A stretch of DNA of 63,915 nucleotides, the filler included, from Chiloscyllium plagiosum (lineage: Eukaryota), in NCBI RefSeq assembly GCF_004010195.1. It is 6 parts of one record of this genome, joined end to end, with 100 filler letters (N's around TTAATTAATTAA, not from the genome) between each part and the next. Parts side by side here need not be neighbours in the genome. Positions count along the whole stretch, not along the records: positions 31,906 to 53,657 come from NC_057715.1; positions 53,758 to 61,113 come from NC_057715.1; positions 61,214 to 63,915 come from NC_057715.1; 3 more parts are not named here. One strand, 5' to 3'. The position numbers and the translations under genes are program-made. The notes below the pieces were generated by a model. The model searched no databases. It worked only from the letters and a program-made list of their open reading frames with translations, and had not been told where the DNA came from. Below, piece by piece: positions 51,773-63,915 of this stretch. The first letter of the stretch is position 1. Each line of letters opens with the position of its first letter.

Positions 51773-53491
51773 CTGGAAAATAAAATGGAATTAGAGCTGT
51801 ACAGAATATAAAGAGTTTCATTACCTCAAAGAATTCTGTGGTCAAGGGCTTATACCAATTTTCAATCATACAATTTACAAACACAGACCAATAAAATACA
51901 GAATTACGGTAAAACAGCAACACAATGAATAGGCCATGCACCCCAGCATATTATTGCAGGCTTTGTGCGAGAGGAAGTCTCAGTTTTGTGCTCTCCTTCA
52001 TCCTGCTGTAGGAGTATACCCCACCAATTGGGCACAAAGACTCAAGAGGCAGACAGGATTCAGACAAGTGGGAGATTTTATTCTTATTCAAGCAACAAGT
52101 GGTTAATGCATGAGGAGGCCAAAAAATCTTCCCGAATCTGGCCTTGATGTGAGAACCAAGTTGTTCCCTTAATCTACAGTTCAGATCAGAAGAGAGATCT
52201 ATAACACACTGATTTTTACAGTGACATACACCATTTTTATGCATTTTGTGTTATAATAATCACATACAATGTAGTCACTACGTCCTTCTCTTTATCCTAT
52301 ACACTCAATCCTGTAAAACACCAAATCAATGATGGGCATTCCTATGGACAGCCCCAGGTTCCATCATCTCATAGTGCTTAACAGACATCATAATCTCCAG
52401 GCCTTCAGATCTTTCTATGCATCTTAATAATTCGCATTCCAAAGTTACTGGTTATGCACCTTCGAGCCTGTCTTATCTCTGAGAACTGCTTGAATTCTGT
52501 TATTCATTGTATTCCATGTGCTATCTCTATCAAATTCCATTATTCCTCTTATATTTTCCACTGTCCCAATTATATACATAAAAAGTTGGTTTTAACTAAC
52601 TACTATTAGATTCATAGATTCAGGGCCCCCTCTGTTATAAAGTTAGTTATAAATGTAAAGTTATACAGCTACTTCTACTGTTGGTACTTTTTAAACTAAT
52701 GAATTGTGAGCAATTTATTCCATGCCAGGCATCTTTTTAGATATGAGGAAAGCGCTTCCCAAGACTAATTCACTTATCACATTTATTCCTCTATTATACT
52801 TGGGTAATATATCCAGAACCTATTTCTTAATATTGTGAATAACTTCAACGAAACAACTGATTACTACAAAATAAGTTTAGCTGTTGTTTTTATAGCTGCA
52901 TAATCAGTTAGGCTGACTGCCTCATGGAATGAGATTTACAGCCCTTATTCTAACTGGAACTGTTCACCTAATGGTACAAAATCCTTTCATTAATGAGGCT
53001 GGAATCAATCACTTGTCATCTTTTAATGAACTGGTATCTATCCTTCGGCATCTTCTTATCAAACCATCTCAGATGACTGTGTAGTGCCGATCATTCACCT
53101 TGGTGTATCCCTGTTCAAAGGTATCATTATGTTTAACATAATGCTGGAGCAGGCTATTTAATTTTGTTTAACCTTTGTCAGTCATTTCATGTCTTTCAAA
53201 GATGGGCAGCCCTTGCACCTACTAACTTTTGTCGCCTCGGATTTTATCTAATATCAAATCTGTCTCCATCTCACTTTTAGGTAGCGTATTTCCATTCCTC
53301 ACCACGAGCTGTGCAAAACATTTTCCGGGTCGCCTCTGGTTTCTTTTTACTATTCACCTTATACTGGTATCACCTGGCTCCCGAATCTTCTCTCTCCATA
53401 ATCCTTCACTTCCTGTCACTTGGGCAGCTTCATATGTACCACTGCCCCTTTATTTCAAGGGCTTCAATTTTGTTGGCAAGCCTTTAATGTG

Positions 53492-54123
53492 GAAAAAGTG
53501 AGGACTGCAGATGCTGGAGATCAGAGCTGAAAATGTGTTGCTGGAAAAGCGCAGCAGGTCGGGCAGCATCCAAGGAACAGGAGAATCGATGTTTCGGGCA
53601 TAAGCACTTCTTCAGGAATGAGGAAAGTGTGTCCAGCAGGCTAAGGTAAAAGGTAGGNNNNNNNNNNNNNNNNNNNNNNNNNNNNNNNNNNNNNNNNNNN
53701 NTTAATTAATTAANNNNNNNNNNNNNNNNNNNNNNNNNNNNNNNNNNNNNNNNNNNNCAACAGTTTCCTTATTTCCCCTTCCCCCACCTCACCCCAGTTC
53801 CAAACTTCCAGCTCAGCACTGTTCCCATGACTTGTCCTACTTGCCTATCTTCTTTTCCACCTATCCACTCCTCTCTCCTCCCTGACCTATCACCTCATCC
53901 CCTCCCCCACTCACCTATTGTACTCTATGCTACTTTCTCCCCACTCCCACCCTCCTCTAGCTTATCTCTCCACGCTTCAGACTCTCTGCCTTTATTGCTG
54001 ATTAAGGGCTTTTGCCCGAAATGTCGATTTTACTGCTTCTCGGATGCTGCCTGAACTGCTGTGCTCTTCCAGCATCACTAATCCAGAATCTGGTTTCCAG
54101 CATCTGCAGTCATTGTTTTTACC
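53492..54123. mobile_element. Penelope-like family B pLTRs in opposite orientation on either side of a scaffold gap
   Basis: Left part 53492-53657 (minus; hammerhead relic at about 53585-53618). Right part 53758-54123 (plus; ctgattaagggcttttgcccgaaatgtcgat at about 53999-54029). The two sides may be different copies. Confidence 0.7.
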
Positions 54124-54469
54124 TTGTTTTTGCAAAATGTTGATTCGGGTCATCTTCTCAGTTCACCCAGGCAAAGGCAGCAATATTTTCAATTCAGCTT
54201 TCGACTATTTGGGCTTCCAGAAACAGGTGTATTAGATTCAGCAGGGAGATTTTAAATCTTCTCTGTCTCAGTAGCAGCCCAGAGCAATCTCTCAGAAAAC
54301 CTGTTTTAAAAAAAAACCTTAATTCCCGTTCCATCCTGGGAGACTGATTGACTCTTCCAAAGGCCTGAATTACCTTTCAACAATTGCCATCTGCTTGAAC
54401 ACATGGTCTCTTCCAGACTTGTTGGAAATTATTCCAAGGAACTGACCATATTAATAGCCACCTTCTTTT

Positions 54470-55880
54470 CTTATTCACTCGTGGGACATGGATATTGCTG
54501 GTTGGCCGGCATTTAATGCCCATCCCTGGTTGCCCTTGTGAAAATTATGGTGAGTTGTCTTCTTAAACCGCTGCAGCCTACATGAAGTAGGCTGACCCAC
54601 AATGCCCTCAGGGAGAAAATGTCAGGATGTTGATCCAGAAACAGTGAAGGGGAAGCAATGGTCTAGTGGTATTATCGCTAGACTTTAAATCCAGAGACCC
54701 AGCTAATGTTCTTGCCACGACAAATGGTGGAGTTTGAATTCAATGAATAACTGGAATTAATGAGTCTAATAATAGCCATGAATCCATTGTCAATTGTCAG
54801 AAAAACCCTTCTGGTTCACTAATGTCCTTTAGGGAAGGTAACTGTCATTCTGATCTACATGTGACTCAGCAATGTGGTTGACTCTTAACTGCCCTCTGCG
54901 CAATTAGGGGAGGGCAAAAAGTGTTGGCCTAGCCAGTGATGGTCTTATCCCATGAATGAATACAAAATATATAAATATATTTCGAAGTCAGAATGGTGAG
55001 TGGATTGGATGGGAATTTGCAGGGGTTGGTGTTCCCATGTATCTTATCCTTCTAGATGGAAGTGGTCGTAGGTTTGGAAGGTGCTATCTAAGGATCTTTG
55101 GTGAATTTCTGCAGTGCATCTTGTAGGTAGTCCACGCTGCTGCTACTCAGCATTGGTGATGGAGTGGGTAGAGTTTGTGAATGTGTTGTCAATCAACCGG
55201 TGTCAAGCTTCATGAGTGCTGTTGGAGCCACACCCATCCAGGCAAGTGGAAAGTATTCCATCACACTCCTGACTTGTCCTTTGTTGACAATGGATGGGGT
55301 TTTGGGGAGTCAGGAGATGAGTTACTCGCCACAGTATTCCTAGCCTCTGATACGCTCTTGTAGCCACTGTGTTTATGTGATGAGTTCAATTGAGTTTCTG
55401 ATCAATGGTAACCCCAAGGATGATGTTAGTGGAGGAGTAAGTGATGGTAATACCACTGAATGCCAAGGGGCCATGATTAAATTGACTTTTGTTGGAGATG
55501 GTTATTGCTTGTGATGTGAATTTTACTTGCCACTTGTCAGCCCAAGTCTGGACATTGTCCAGATCTTGCTGCATTTGAATATGTGGACTGCTTCAGTATC
55601 TGAGTAGTGAATAGCTGATCATTGTGCAGTCATTGGTGAACATCTTACTTCTGACGCTATGAAGGAGGGAGGGTAATTGATACAACAGCTGAAGATTATT
55701 GGGCCTTGAACACCACCCAGAGGATCTCCTGCAGAGACATCCTGGAGCTAAGATGACTAACCTCCAACAATCACAACCATCTTCTTATGTGCCCAGATAT
55801 AACTCCAATCAAGAGAATGTTTGCCCCCTAATACCCATTGATTCCAGTGTTGCTGGGGCTCCACACTCAGTCAAATGCAG
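54470..55880 (-). mobile_element. CR1/L2-group LINE fragment (second family) with a nested SINE
   Basis: MQQDLDNVQTWADKWQVKF (55386-55574). Confidence 0.8.
54648..54960 (+). mobile_element. tRNA-derived SINE of a second family (central domain possibly Meta-type)
   Basis: Head ggtctagtggtattatcgctagact, central ctggttcactaatgtcctttagggaagg, and a tail matching the 3' end of the second LINE family. Related copies at about 10020-10300 (+) and 18300-18625 (-). Confidence 0.65.
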
Positions 55881-56107
55881 TATTCTGCTATTTGTTTAAA
55901 CATAATGCTTCTCCCACTGTGCTGTGTCTGTTAGAATCTTTTTAATCAAGGCTCAGCTGCAGTTAGCCTCCAGACAAGGCCTCACAAACAAACAAAGCTA
56001 GTTTGATCTGTTTGTTTCTTTTTATCACAAGCTGTCTCAAAGTCCACAAGTCATTTCTACCTCACAGTTCAAAGTTGATAAATGAATATAGTAGACTGGC
56101 TAGTATG

Positions 56108-58900
56108 TTTAAATCACATATGATTCAGAGGAGCTAGTTAATTGGTTGCAGAATTGGCTTGATTGTAGGGGGCAGAGGGTGGTGGTAGATGGTTGCTTTT
56201 CGGACTGGAGGCCTGTGAACAGTGGTGTGCAACAAGGATCAGTGCTGGGTCTACTGCTTTTAGTCATTTATATAAATTAGTTGGATGTGCATACAGGAGA
56301 CACGGTTAGTAAGTTTGCAGATGACATCATAATTGGTGGTGTAGTAGACAGTGAAGAAGATTATCTTAGAATACAGCGAGACATTGAAGAGATGGGACAA
56401 AGGGCCAAAGAGTGTCAGTTGGAGTTTAATTTAGATAAATGTGATGTGTTACCTTTTGGTAAGGCAAACCAGGGCAGCACATATACAGTTAATGGTAGGG
56501 CCTTGGGGGGTGTTGCTGAACAGAGAGATCTAGGTGTACAGATGCACAGTTTCTAGAAAATGGAGTCACAGGTAGACGGGGTAGTAAAGAAGCTGTTTGG
56601 CACGCTTGCCTTCGTTGGTCAGAACATTGAGTAAAGGAGATGGGACATCATGTTGTGGCATTGACGAGATCCCTTTTGGAATACTGCATATAATCCTGGT
56701 CGCCCTTCTTTCAGAATGATACTGTTAAACTTGAGAGGGTGCAGAAAAGATTTACAAGGAGGCTGCTGGGTTTGAAGAGTTTGAGCTATAGGGAAGGCTG
56801 AATAGCTGGGGCTTTTTTCATAGAGTCATAGAGTCATAGAGATGTACAGCATGGAAACAGACCCTTCGGTCCAACTCTTCCATGCAGACCAGTTATCTTT
56901 ACCTAATCTAGTCCCATTTGCTAGCACTTGGTCCATATCCTTCTAAAGTCTTTCTATTCATATACCCAGATGCCTTTTAAATATTGTAATTGTACCAGGC
57001 TCCACCATTTCCTCTGGCAGTTCATTCCATACACCACCCTCTATATGAAAACTTTGCCCCTTAGGTCCCTGAGCATCGGAAGCTGAGGGATGGTCTTATA
57101 GTGGTTTATAAAATCATGAACAGCATGGATAGAGTGAATAGCCGAGGTCTTTTTCCCAGAGTGGGGAAGTCCATAATTAGAGGGCATTGGTTTAAGGTGA
57201 GAGGGGAAGGATTTTTGAAAAGGATCTGAGGGATAACATTTTCACCTAGAGTCATAGAGGCATAGAGATGTACAGCATGGAAACAGACCCTTCGGTCCAA
57301 CCTGTCCATGCCGACCAGATATCCCAGCCCAATCTAGTCCCACCTGCCAGCACTCAGTCCATATCCCTCCAAACCCTTCCTATTCATATACCCATCCAAA
57401 TGCCTCTTAAATGTTGCAATTGTACCAGCCTCCACCACATCCTCTGGCAGCTCATTCTATACACGTACCACCCTCTGCATGAAAAGGTCGCCCCTTAGGT
57501 CTCTTTTATATCTTTCCCCTCTCACCATAAATCTATGCCCTCTAGTTCAGGACTCCCCGACCACAGGGAAAAGACTTTGTCTATTTATCCTATCCATGCC
57601 CCTTATAATTTTGCAAACCTCTATAAGGTTACCCCTCAGCCTCCAATGCTCCAGGGAAAACAGCCCCAGCCTGTTCAGCCTCTCCCTGTAGCTCAAATCN
57701 NNNNNNNNNNNNNNNNNNNNNNNNNNNNNNNNNNNNNNNNNNNNNNNNNNNNNNNNNNNNNNNNNNNNNNNNNNNNNNNNNNNNNNNNNNNNNNNNNNNN
57801 NNNNNNNNNNNNNNNNNNNNNNNNNNTGTATAAGTCCTGCTAAGATTTGCTTTCCCAAAATACAGCACCTCGCATTTATCTGAATTAAACTCCATCTGCC
57901 ACTTCTCAGCCCATTGGCCCATCTGGTCAAGATCCTGTTGTAATCTGAGGTAACCCTCTTCGCTGTCCACTACGCCTCCAATTTTGGTGTCATCTGCAAA
58001 CTTACTAACTGGGTGGCGCAAGTATGGAATAAGCTGCCAGAAGAAGTTCTGGAGGCTGGTACAATTAAAACATTTAATAGGCATTTGGATGGGCATATGA
58101 ATAGGAAGGGTTTAGACAATTATGAGCCAAATGCTGGCAAATGGGACTAGATTAACTGAGGATATCTGGTTGGCACGGACAAGTTGAACCAAATGTTTTG
58201 TTTCTGTACTGTACATCTCTATGACTCTATAAATAGGAGCAGGAGTAGGCTCCGCTATTCAAGAGAATCATGGCTAATCTTTTCGTGGACTCAGCTCCAC
58301 TTCCCCGCAATAACCCTTAATTCCTTTTGTGTTCAAAAGTCTATCTTTGCCTTAAAAGCATTCATTGAGGCAACCTCAGCTGGTTCACTGGGCAGAGAAT
58401 TCCACACATAACACAAAAACAATCAGGAAGGCATGTAAGGAAGATAAAACCCCGAGTCGATAGAGGCACATGGACAAGTTAAGTGAGAAGGCAAAAAAAC
58501 AGGCAGATAGAATACAATATGGGCAAATATGAGATTATGCACTTTGATGGTAAGAATAGAAAAGCTGATTATTATTTAAATGGGGAAAGACTGCAGAAAA
58601 CTGAAGCACTGGAGGGTCCTCATGCATAAATCACAAAAGACCTGCACACATGTTCAAAGGACAATAGAGAAAACAATGGAATGTTGGCTTTATTTCAAAG
58701 GGAGGGAATATAAAAATAGGGTGTTGTTGCTAAAATTATACAAGGCACTCGTCAGACCACAGCTGGAATAGCATGAATAGTTTTGAGCCACTTATCTAAG
58801 AAAAGATATATTGACATTGGAGGCAGCCCAGAGAAAGTTTGTTAGTTTGATCCCTTGATGCAGTGATTTTCTAATGAGGTGAGGTTCAGTAGGTAGGGCA
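56108..58900. mobile_element. Nested cluster of CR1 (HER1-type) LINE pieces in both orientations
   Basis: KFADD motifs on both strands; minus-strand 3' ends start at about 56819 and 57247 inside a plus-strand copy. Confidence 0.88.
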
Positions 58901-58905
58901 TGTAG

Positions 58906-59422
58906 GAATCATAGAATCCCTACAGTGTGGAAGCAGGCCATTTACCCAACAAGTCACCCAGTGGTGCTGGTGGATACAGAGTCATTAGGGATATTTAAGC
59001 GACTGTTGGACATGCACATGGATAGCAGTGAATTGAGTAGTGCATAGGTTAAGTTATTTTATTTTATATTAAGATTAATCCTCAGCACAACGTCGTGGGC
59101 CAAAGGGCCTGTTCTGTGCTGTACTTTTCTATGTTCTAAGTCCACAGCAACCCTCTGAAGAGTAATCCTTCCTACCCTATTACTCCACATTTACCCCTGA
59201 CTAATGCACCTAACCTATACATCTCTGAACACCATGGGAAATTTAGCATGACCAATTCAACTGGGGTGGGAGGAAATCTTTGGATTGTGGGAGAAAATTG
59301 GAACAGCTGGAGGAAATCCACACAACACAGGTAGAATTCCACACTGGCAGTCGCCCAACGCTGGAATTGAACCCAGGTCTCTGTGAGGCAGCAGTGCTAA
59401 CCACTAAGCCACCATACCACCC
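58906..59422 (-). mobile_element. HE1-type V-SINE with a CR1 3' tail nested inside (about 58953-59138)
   Basis: The SINE tail is split by a plus-strand CR1 end, with aagtc duplicated on both sides. Confidence 0.75.
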
Positions 59423-59544
59423 TTCTTGAGTGTGTTTGAAAGGTTCCAATGAATTGGAACAATGGTAATATAGCACAATTATTCAAAAGAGAGGGTAGCA
59501 CTAAGAGGAAACTACAGACCAGTTAATTTAACATGTTTTCCTTC

Positions 59545-60562
59545 TATTTATTCTTTTTGTGGGATGTGGGCATCGCTGCTGACCAGCATTTACCGTCCAT
59601 CCCCAGTTGCCTTTGAGAAGGTGATAGTGAGCTGCCTTCTTGAGCCACTGCAGTCCACCTGCTGTGGGTTGACTCACAATGCCATTAGTGAGGGAATTCC
59701 AGGACTCTGACACAACGATAGTGAAGGATAATGGTTATACTGTCTCTTGTAGGTGATGGTCATAACCTGGCATTTGTGTGGTGCGAATGTTACTTGCCAC
59801 TTATCAGCTCAAGTCTGGATATTATCAAGATATTGTTGCATTTGGAAAACGGACTGCTTCAGTGTCTGAGGACAAGTGAATGGTGCTGAACATTGTGCAA
59901 TCATCAGTAAACAACACCACTTCTGACCTTGAGATAGAGGGAGGGTCATTGTTGAAGTACGTGAAGATGGTTGGGCCTAGGACACTACCCTAAGGAACTC
60001 CTGCAGAGATGTCCTGGAGCTGAGACTGACCTGCACCAACCATGACCATCTTCCTATGTGTCAGGTATGACCCTAATCACCAGAGAATTTGCCCAATGAT
60101 ACCTATTGACTCCAGTTTTGCTAGGGCTCTTTGATGCCACACTCGATCAAATGCAGCCTTGATGTCAAGGGCTATCACTCTCACCTCACCTCTGGAACTC
60201 AATACTTTGGTCCATGTTTGAACCAAGGTTGTAATGAAGTCAGGAGCTGAGTGACCCTGGTGGAATGCAAACTGGGCATCACTGAGCAGGGTATTACTGC
60301 TTAATATCACTGTTGATGACATCTTCCATCGCTTTAGAGACTGATAGGATGGTAATTGGATGGGTTGGATTTGTCTTGCTTTTTTATGTACAGGACATAC
60401 TTAAACAATTACCACATTGTCACGTTGATGCCAGTGTTGCAATTGTACTGGAACAGCTTGGCTAGGGGAATGGCAAGTTCTGGAGCACAAGTCTTCAGTA
60501 CTATTGCCAGAATGTTGCCAGGGTCTGTAGCCTTTGCAATATCCAGTACCTCCAACCATTGA
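59545..60562 (-). mobile_element. CR1/L2-group LINE RT fragment (second family)
   Basis: LLSDAQFAF...HSAPD...VRVIALDIKAAFDRVWHQ. Confidence 0.85.
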
Positions 60563-61113
60563 GAGTCATAGAGTCATAGAGATGTACAGCATGGAAACAG
60601 ACCCTTCGGTCCAACCTGGGCATGCCGACCAGATATCCCAACTCAATCTAGTCCCACCTGGCAGCACCCGGCCCATATCCCTCCAAACCCTTCCTATTCA
60701 TATACCCATCCAAATGCCTCTTAAATGTTGCAATTGTACCAGCCTCCACCACTTCCTCTGGCAGCTCATTCCATACACATACCACCCTCTGCATGAAAAG
60801 GTCGCCCCTTAGGTCTCTTATATATCTTTCCCCCTCTCACCCTAAACCTATGCCCTCTAGTTCTGGACTCCCCGACCACAGGGAAAAGACTTTGCCTATT
60901 TATCCTATCCATGCCCCTCATAATTTTGTAAACCTCTATAAGGTCACCCATCACCCTCCAACGCTCCAGGGAAAGCAGCCCCAGCCTGTTCAGCCTCTCC
61001 CTTTAGCTCAGATCCTCCAACCCTGGCAACATCCTTGTAAATCTTTTCTGAACCCTTTCAAGTTTCACAACATCTTTCCGATAGGAAGGAGACCAGAATT
61101 GCACACAATATTC
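60563..61113 (-). mobile_element. Young CR1 (HER1-type) 3' end
   Basis: (gagtcata)n tail; GDLIEVYKIMRGMDR...SRTRGHRFRV. Confidence 0.9.
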
Positions 61114-61213
61114 NNNNNNNNNNNNNNNNNNNNNNNNNNNNNNNNNNNNNNNNNNNNTTAATTAATTAANNNNNNNNNNNNNNNNNNNNNNNNNNNNNNN
61201 NNNNNNNNNNNNN

Positions 61214-61236
61214 TCATCATCATCATCATCATCATC
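61214..61236 (+). repeat. (TCA)n microsatellite at a contig edge
   Basis: tcatcatcatcatcatcatcatca directly after the gap. Confidence 0.85.
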
Positions 61237-61289
61237 AATCCCCCTCACCAATTCACAGATATTGTTCCTTGTTGTGTGTGTCTTTTCTG

Positions 61290-61880
61290 GTTATGTCCAG
61301 CTCACCCATACTGCTACTAACTAATATTTGACTTCAAGGTTGTTGGAAAATCCTGCTCCATCTTCACTCTCCATTTCCTTTCTGAATTTCTTGTATTTGG
61401 TGTCCCTCAAAGATCTATCTTTGGCCCCTCCTGTATCTCACCTACATACTGCCAGGAGGTGACATTGTCCAAAAGCACAGTGTTAGGTTTCACATGAACA
61501 CTGACAATGTTCAGCTCTCCCTCCCCAACATTCCTCTCCATTTCTCCACTTTTATTCTGTTATCAAACTGCTTACCACACTCCCACTACTCGGTTAGCTG
61601 CAATTTCCTCCAATGAAACATTGCAATGGTTAAACCCATTGCCTTCAGTTGCTGTTACAAATTCCTTTCCCTTACTGCTGAGCCCCTCCCTCTCGCTGGG
61701 AACTGAGGCAGAACTACACACTTCACAATATTGCTCTAATATTCTGACCCCAAGGTGACCTTCTGATCAGACATCTACACAATCACAAACACCAGGAATT
61801 CCAAACTGTAAAATGTTGCTTGCCTCCCCCTCGGCCCAGCTCCATTGCTACTGAAATCCCTTGCCATCTCAGTGTTGCAT
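61290..61880 (+). mobile_element. Decayed L2-type LINE RT fragment
   Basis: ggtgtccctcaa...ggcccctcctg...ggtgacattgtccaaaagcac...tttcacatgaacactgacaat resembles GVPQGS.LGPLL...GDII.KH..FHMYADDTQ. Confidence 0.6.
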
Positions 61881-61939
61881 TAAAGTTGACAAAACTAAAA
61901 CAGAACCCTTGATACCGTGACTGACCCAGATTCTAGTTC

Positions 61940-62500
61940 TCGGTTTCCTCATGATGGGATACATCCTCTCGGTATTTACCTTGTCAAACCCCTTAGGAAG
62001 CCTATATGTTTGAAAGAGTTCACTTCTCATTCTTCCCAAATCGTATGAGTAGAGTCCTGACTTCTTCAGCCTTTTCTTAAAAGAGAATCCCTTCAAACCA
62101 GGGATCATCCCAGTCAATCTTCTCTGAATGCTTCCAATGAAGTGATGTATTACCTTAAATAAAGGGACCAAAACTTCTCTCATTACTCCAGATGTGGTCT
62201 CACTCGCACTATATAAAGTTGTTCTCAGGTATATACTTCAAACTCTTATATTGCAAATCCTTTGAAATCAGGAACAATATTCCATTTCCCTTCCTGATGA
62301 CCTGTTGGAACTTTGTGCGAGCTTGCTTTGTTTCCTGCACATTTACCTCTTGGTCCCTTTATGGTGCAGCTTTCCACAGTTTCCACCAATTAAATAGTAC
62401 TCTGTTCTTTTATTATCTCCTCCAAAATGAACAACGTCACATTATCCCAAGTTATACTTCATTTGCCAACTTGTTGTCCACTTCTCCAATGAATCCCTCT
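61940..62500 (-). mobile_element. Old CR1 LINE fragment
   Basis: IQRRLTGMIPGLKG.SF..RLK..GLYS. Confidence 0.75.
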
Positions 62501-63915
62501 CCGTAAACTGTTTATAATCCTTTTGGAACTCTACTGTTCTGCCTTTTCTAGGAGATTTCACCCATCATTCTTCTAAACTTTTCCTGGGAACACTGGGCAG
62601 TGGGAAGCATGCAGAGTTGCTGTCTTTTACGGGATACTCTATGGAATGACTGGAAGGAACTTACTGCCCATTTGGTCAGAATGGTGACAACTTGCCCATC
62701 AAGCTGCATGAGCCTTTCACGCCCCATGTCTTACTGATGAGGCACAGCGGCAGCACGGAAGGAAAGAAGTGCTCTCCAAATCTCACTAACACTTGGAAAG
62801 TTCGGTCCCACGTGTCAAAGATCTACTCTGTTTAGTCACATGAAGTCCCAAGGTGGAAACTCATAGAAACCCAGATAGATTTCCCTCTGAATTGACTGCT
62901 GGTCTCCACAAGGGTTAATGTGTACGGTCATCCTGGGACAAGAGGAGGGGATGGTGTGAGTTTCTAACCTGATCTGACAGTGGCGGACTTGATAAACTTG
63001 TATTACAGGTAGACATTCAGATGGTTTACTCAGTATTTGTAGCACCAAACTCTCTCAGAATTACTCAATTCATCGGGACCTGGATATTTGCGTTTAGTTG
63101 TGAGTGTTGTGTTCCAGCTCATTCCTATTTGATGCATAAAAGTTCTCCTTTGAATCAAACCATCCTGTCAATAGATATCCCCCAAGTCTTCCATTTATGT
63201 CTTATCAACAGTTTATGATGAGCTGATGAGTATAAGGTTGATTATTTGAATGTATAATTTCTGTAAACCCCTCTGTCACAGTGCACCCACAATTTCCTCT
63301 GCTACAAGGAGAACAATCTCAGTTTCTCCAAACGCCTGATTCTGTTTGCTCTCTATAAGGTACACATCAGGATTGTGTTGGAACATTCTCCACTTGCATG
63401 CATCGGTGCAGCCCCCAACACTATTAAAGAAAGTGAACATCCTCCAGCACAAGGCATTGAGCTTGAGTGGTGTCCCATCCACCACCTTCAGCATTCCCTC
63501 TCTCCACTCCCGAGGCACAGTGGCATCACTGTGTAAAAGGTAAAGTCAGCATTGTCCTACCAGACCTTAGGGCTGCTCTCTCATGAGGGAGAAATGACTG
63601 GTGGAGGGTTTAACCTGAAGGTTACCCAGCCCAGGCAAGGGGAGAGGTTGGAAAGGAGAGTCCATCTATTGTAGATGGATATTCTTGATATTTACCATTA
63701 ACACCCATGTCCCTGCAACTAAAATCCCCCATTCCTTGTACCATCCTAGTAAATCTCCTGTGCACCCTCTCAGGGACCCTGCCATCCTTCCCAATGTGTG
63801 GGCGACCTCTGGTTTGCACAGCTGCTCTGTGTTCCTGTGGGTGATGTCGTCATAGAGCAACAGTTGCACTAAACCTCACTGTCTGTAATGGTGGGAGACA
63901 CAGAAATCCCGGTAG

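Noticed and set aside
113..63869. The many 60-200 aa ORFs in the track as novel small proteins
   Set aside because: They are TE fragments, antisense frames of TEs or random AT-rich frames with no recognisable domains or splice context.
51773..63915. Further upstream USP35 exons (QQDCSEYL segment)
   Set aside because: No matching sequence found; probably beyond the window or inside a gap.

Overview
Repeat-dense vertebrate genomic DNA, almost certainly from a shark. The evidence is HE1-type V-SINEs, HER1/CR1 LINEs and shark-type Penelope repeats; a carpet/bamboo shark is inferred but not proven. The only host gene I can support is the 3' end of USP35 on the minus strand: a 1258-bp catalytic-domain exon (50515-51772) and the terminal coding exon (42483-42650). 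The rest is CR1, L1 and L2 LINE fragments, several SINE families, a shattered Gypsy LTR element, a Tigger/MER44-like MITE and many Penelope-like element (PLE) derivatives. The most interesting signal is two families of short inverted-repeat PLE derivatives that carry minimal type I hammerhead ribozyme motifs. One copy has an intact catalytic core (10838-10875, minus strand) and two copies lie in the probable USP35 3' UTR. Three short locally templated duplications are also present. Five 100-nt gaps contain an artificial TTAATTAATTAA six-frame-stop linker, so adjacency across them is unverified. All family assignments come from recalled consensus sequences, not from database searches.
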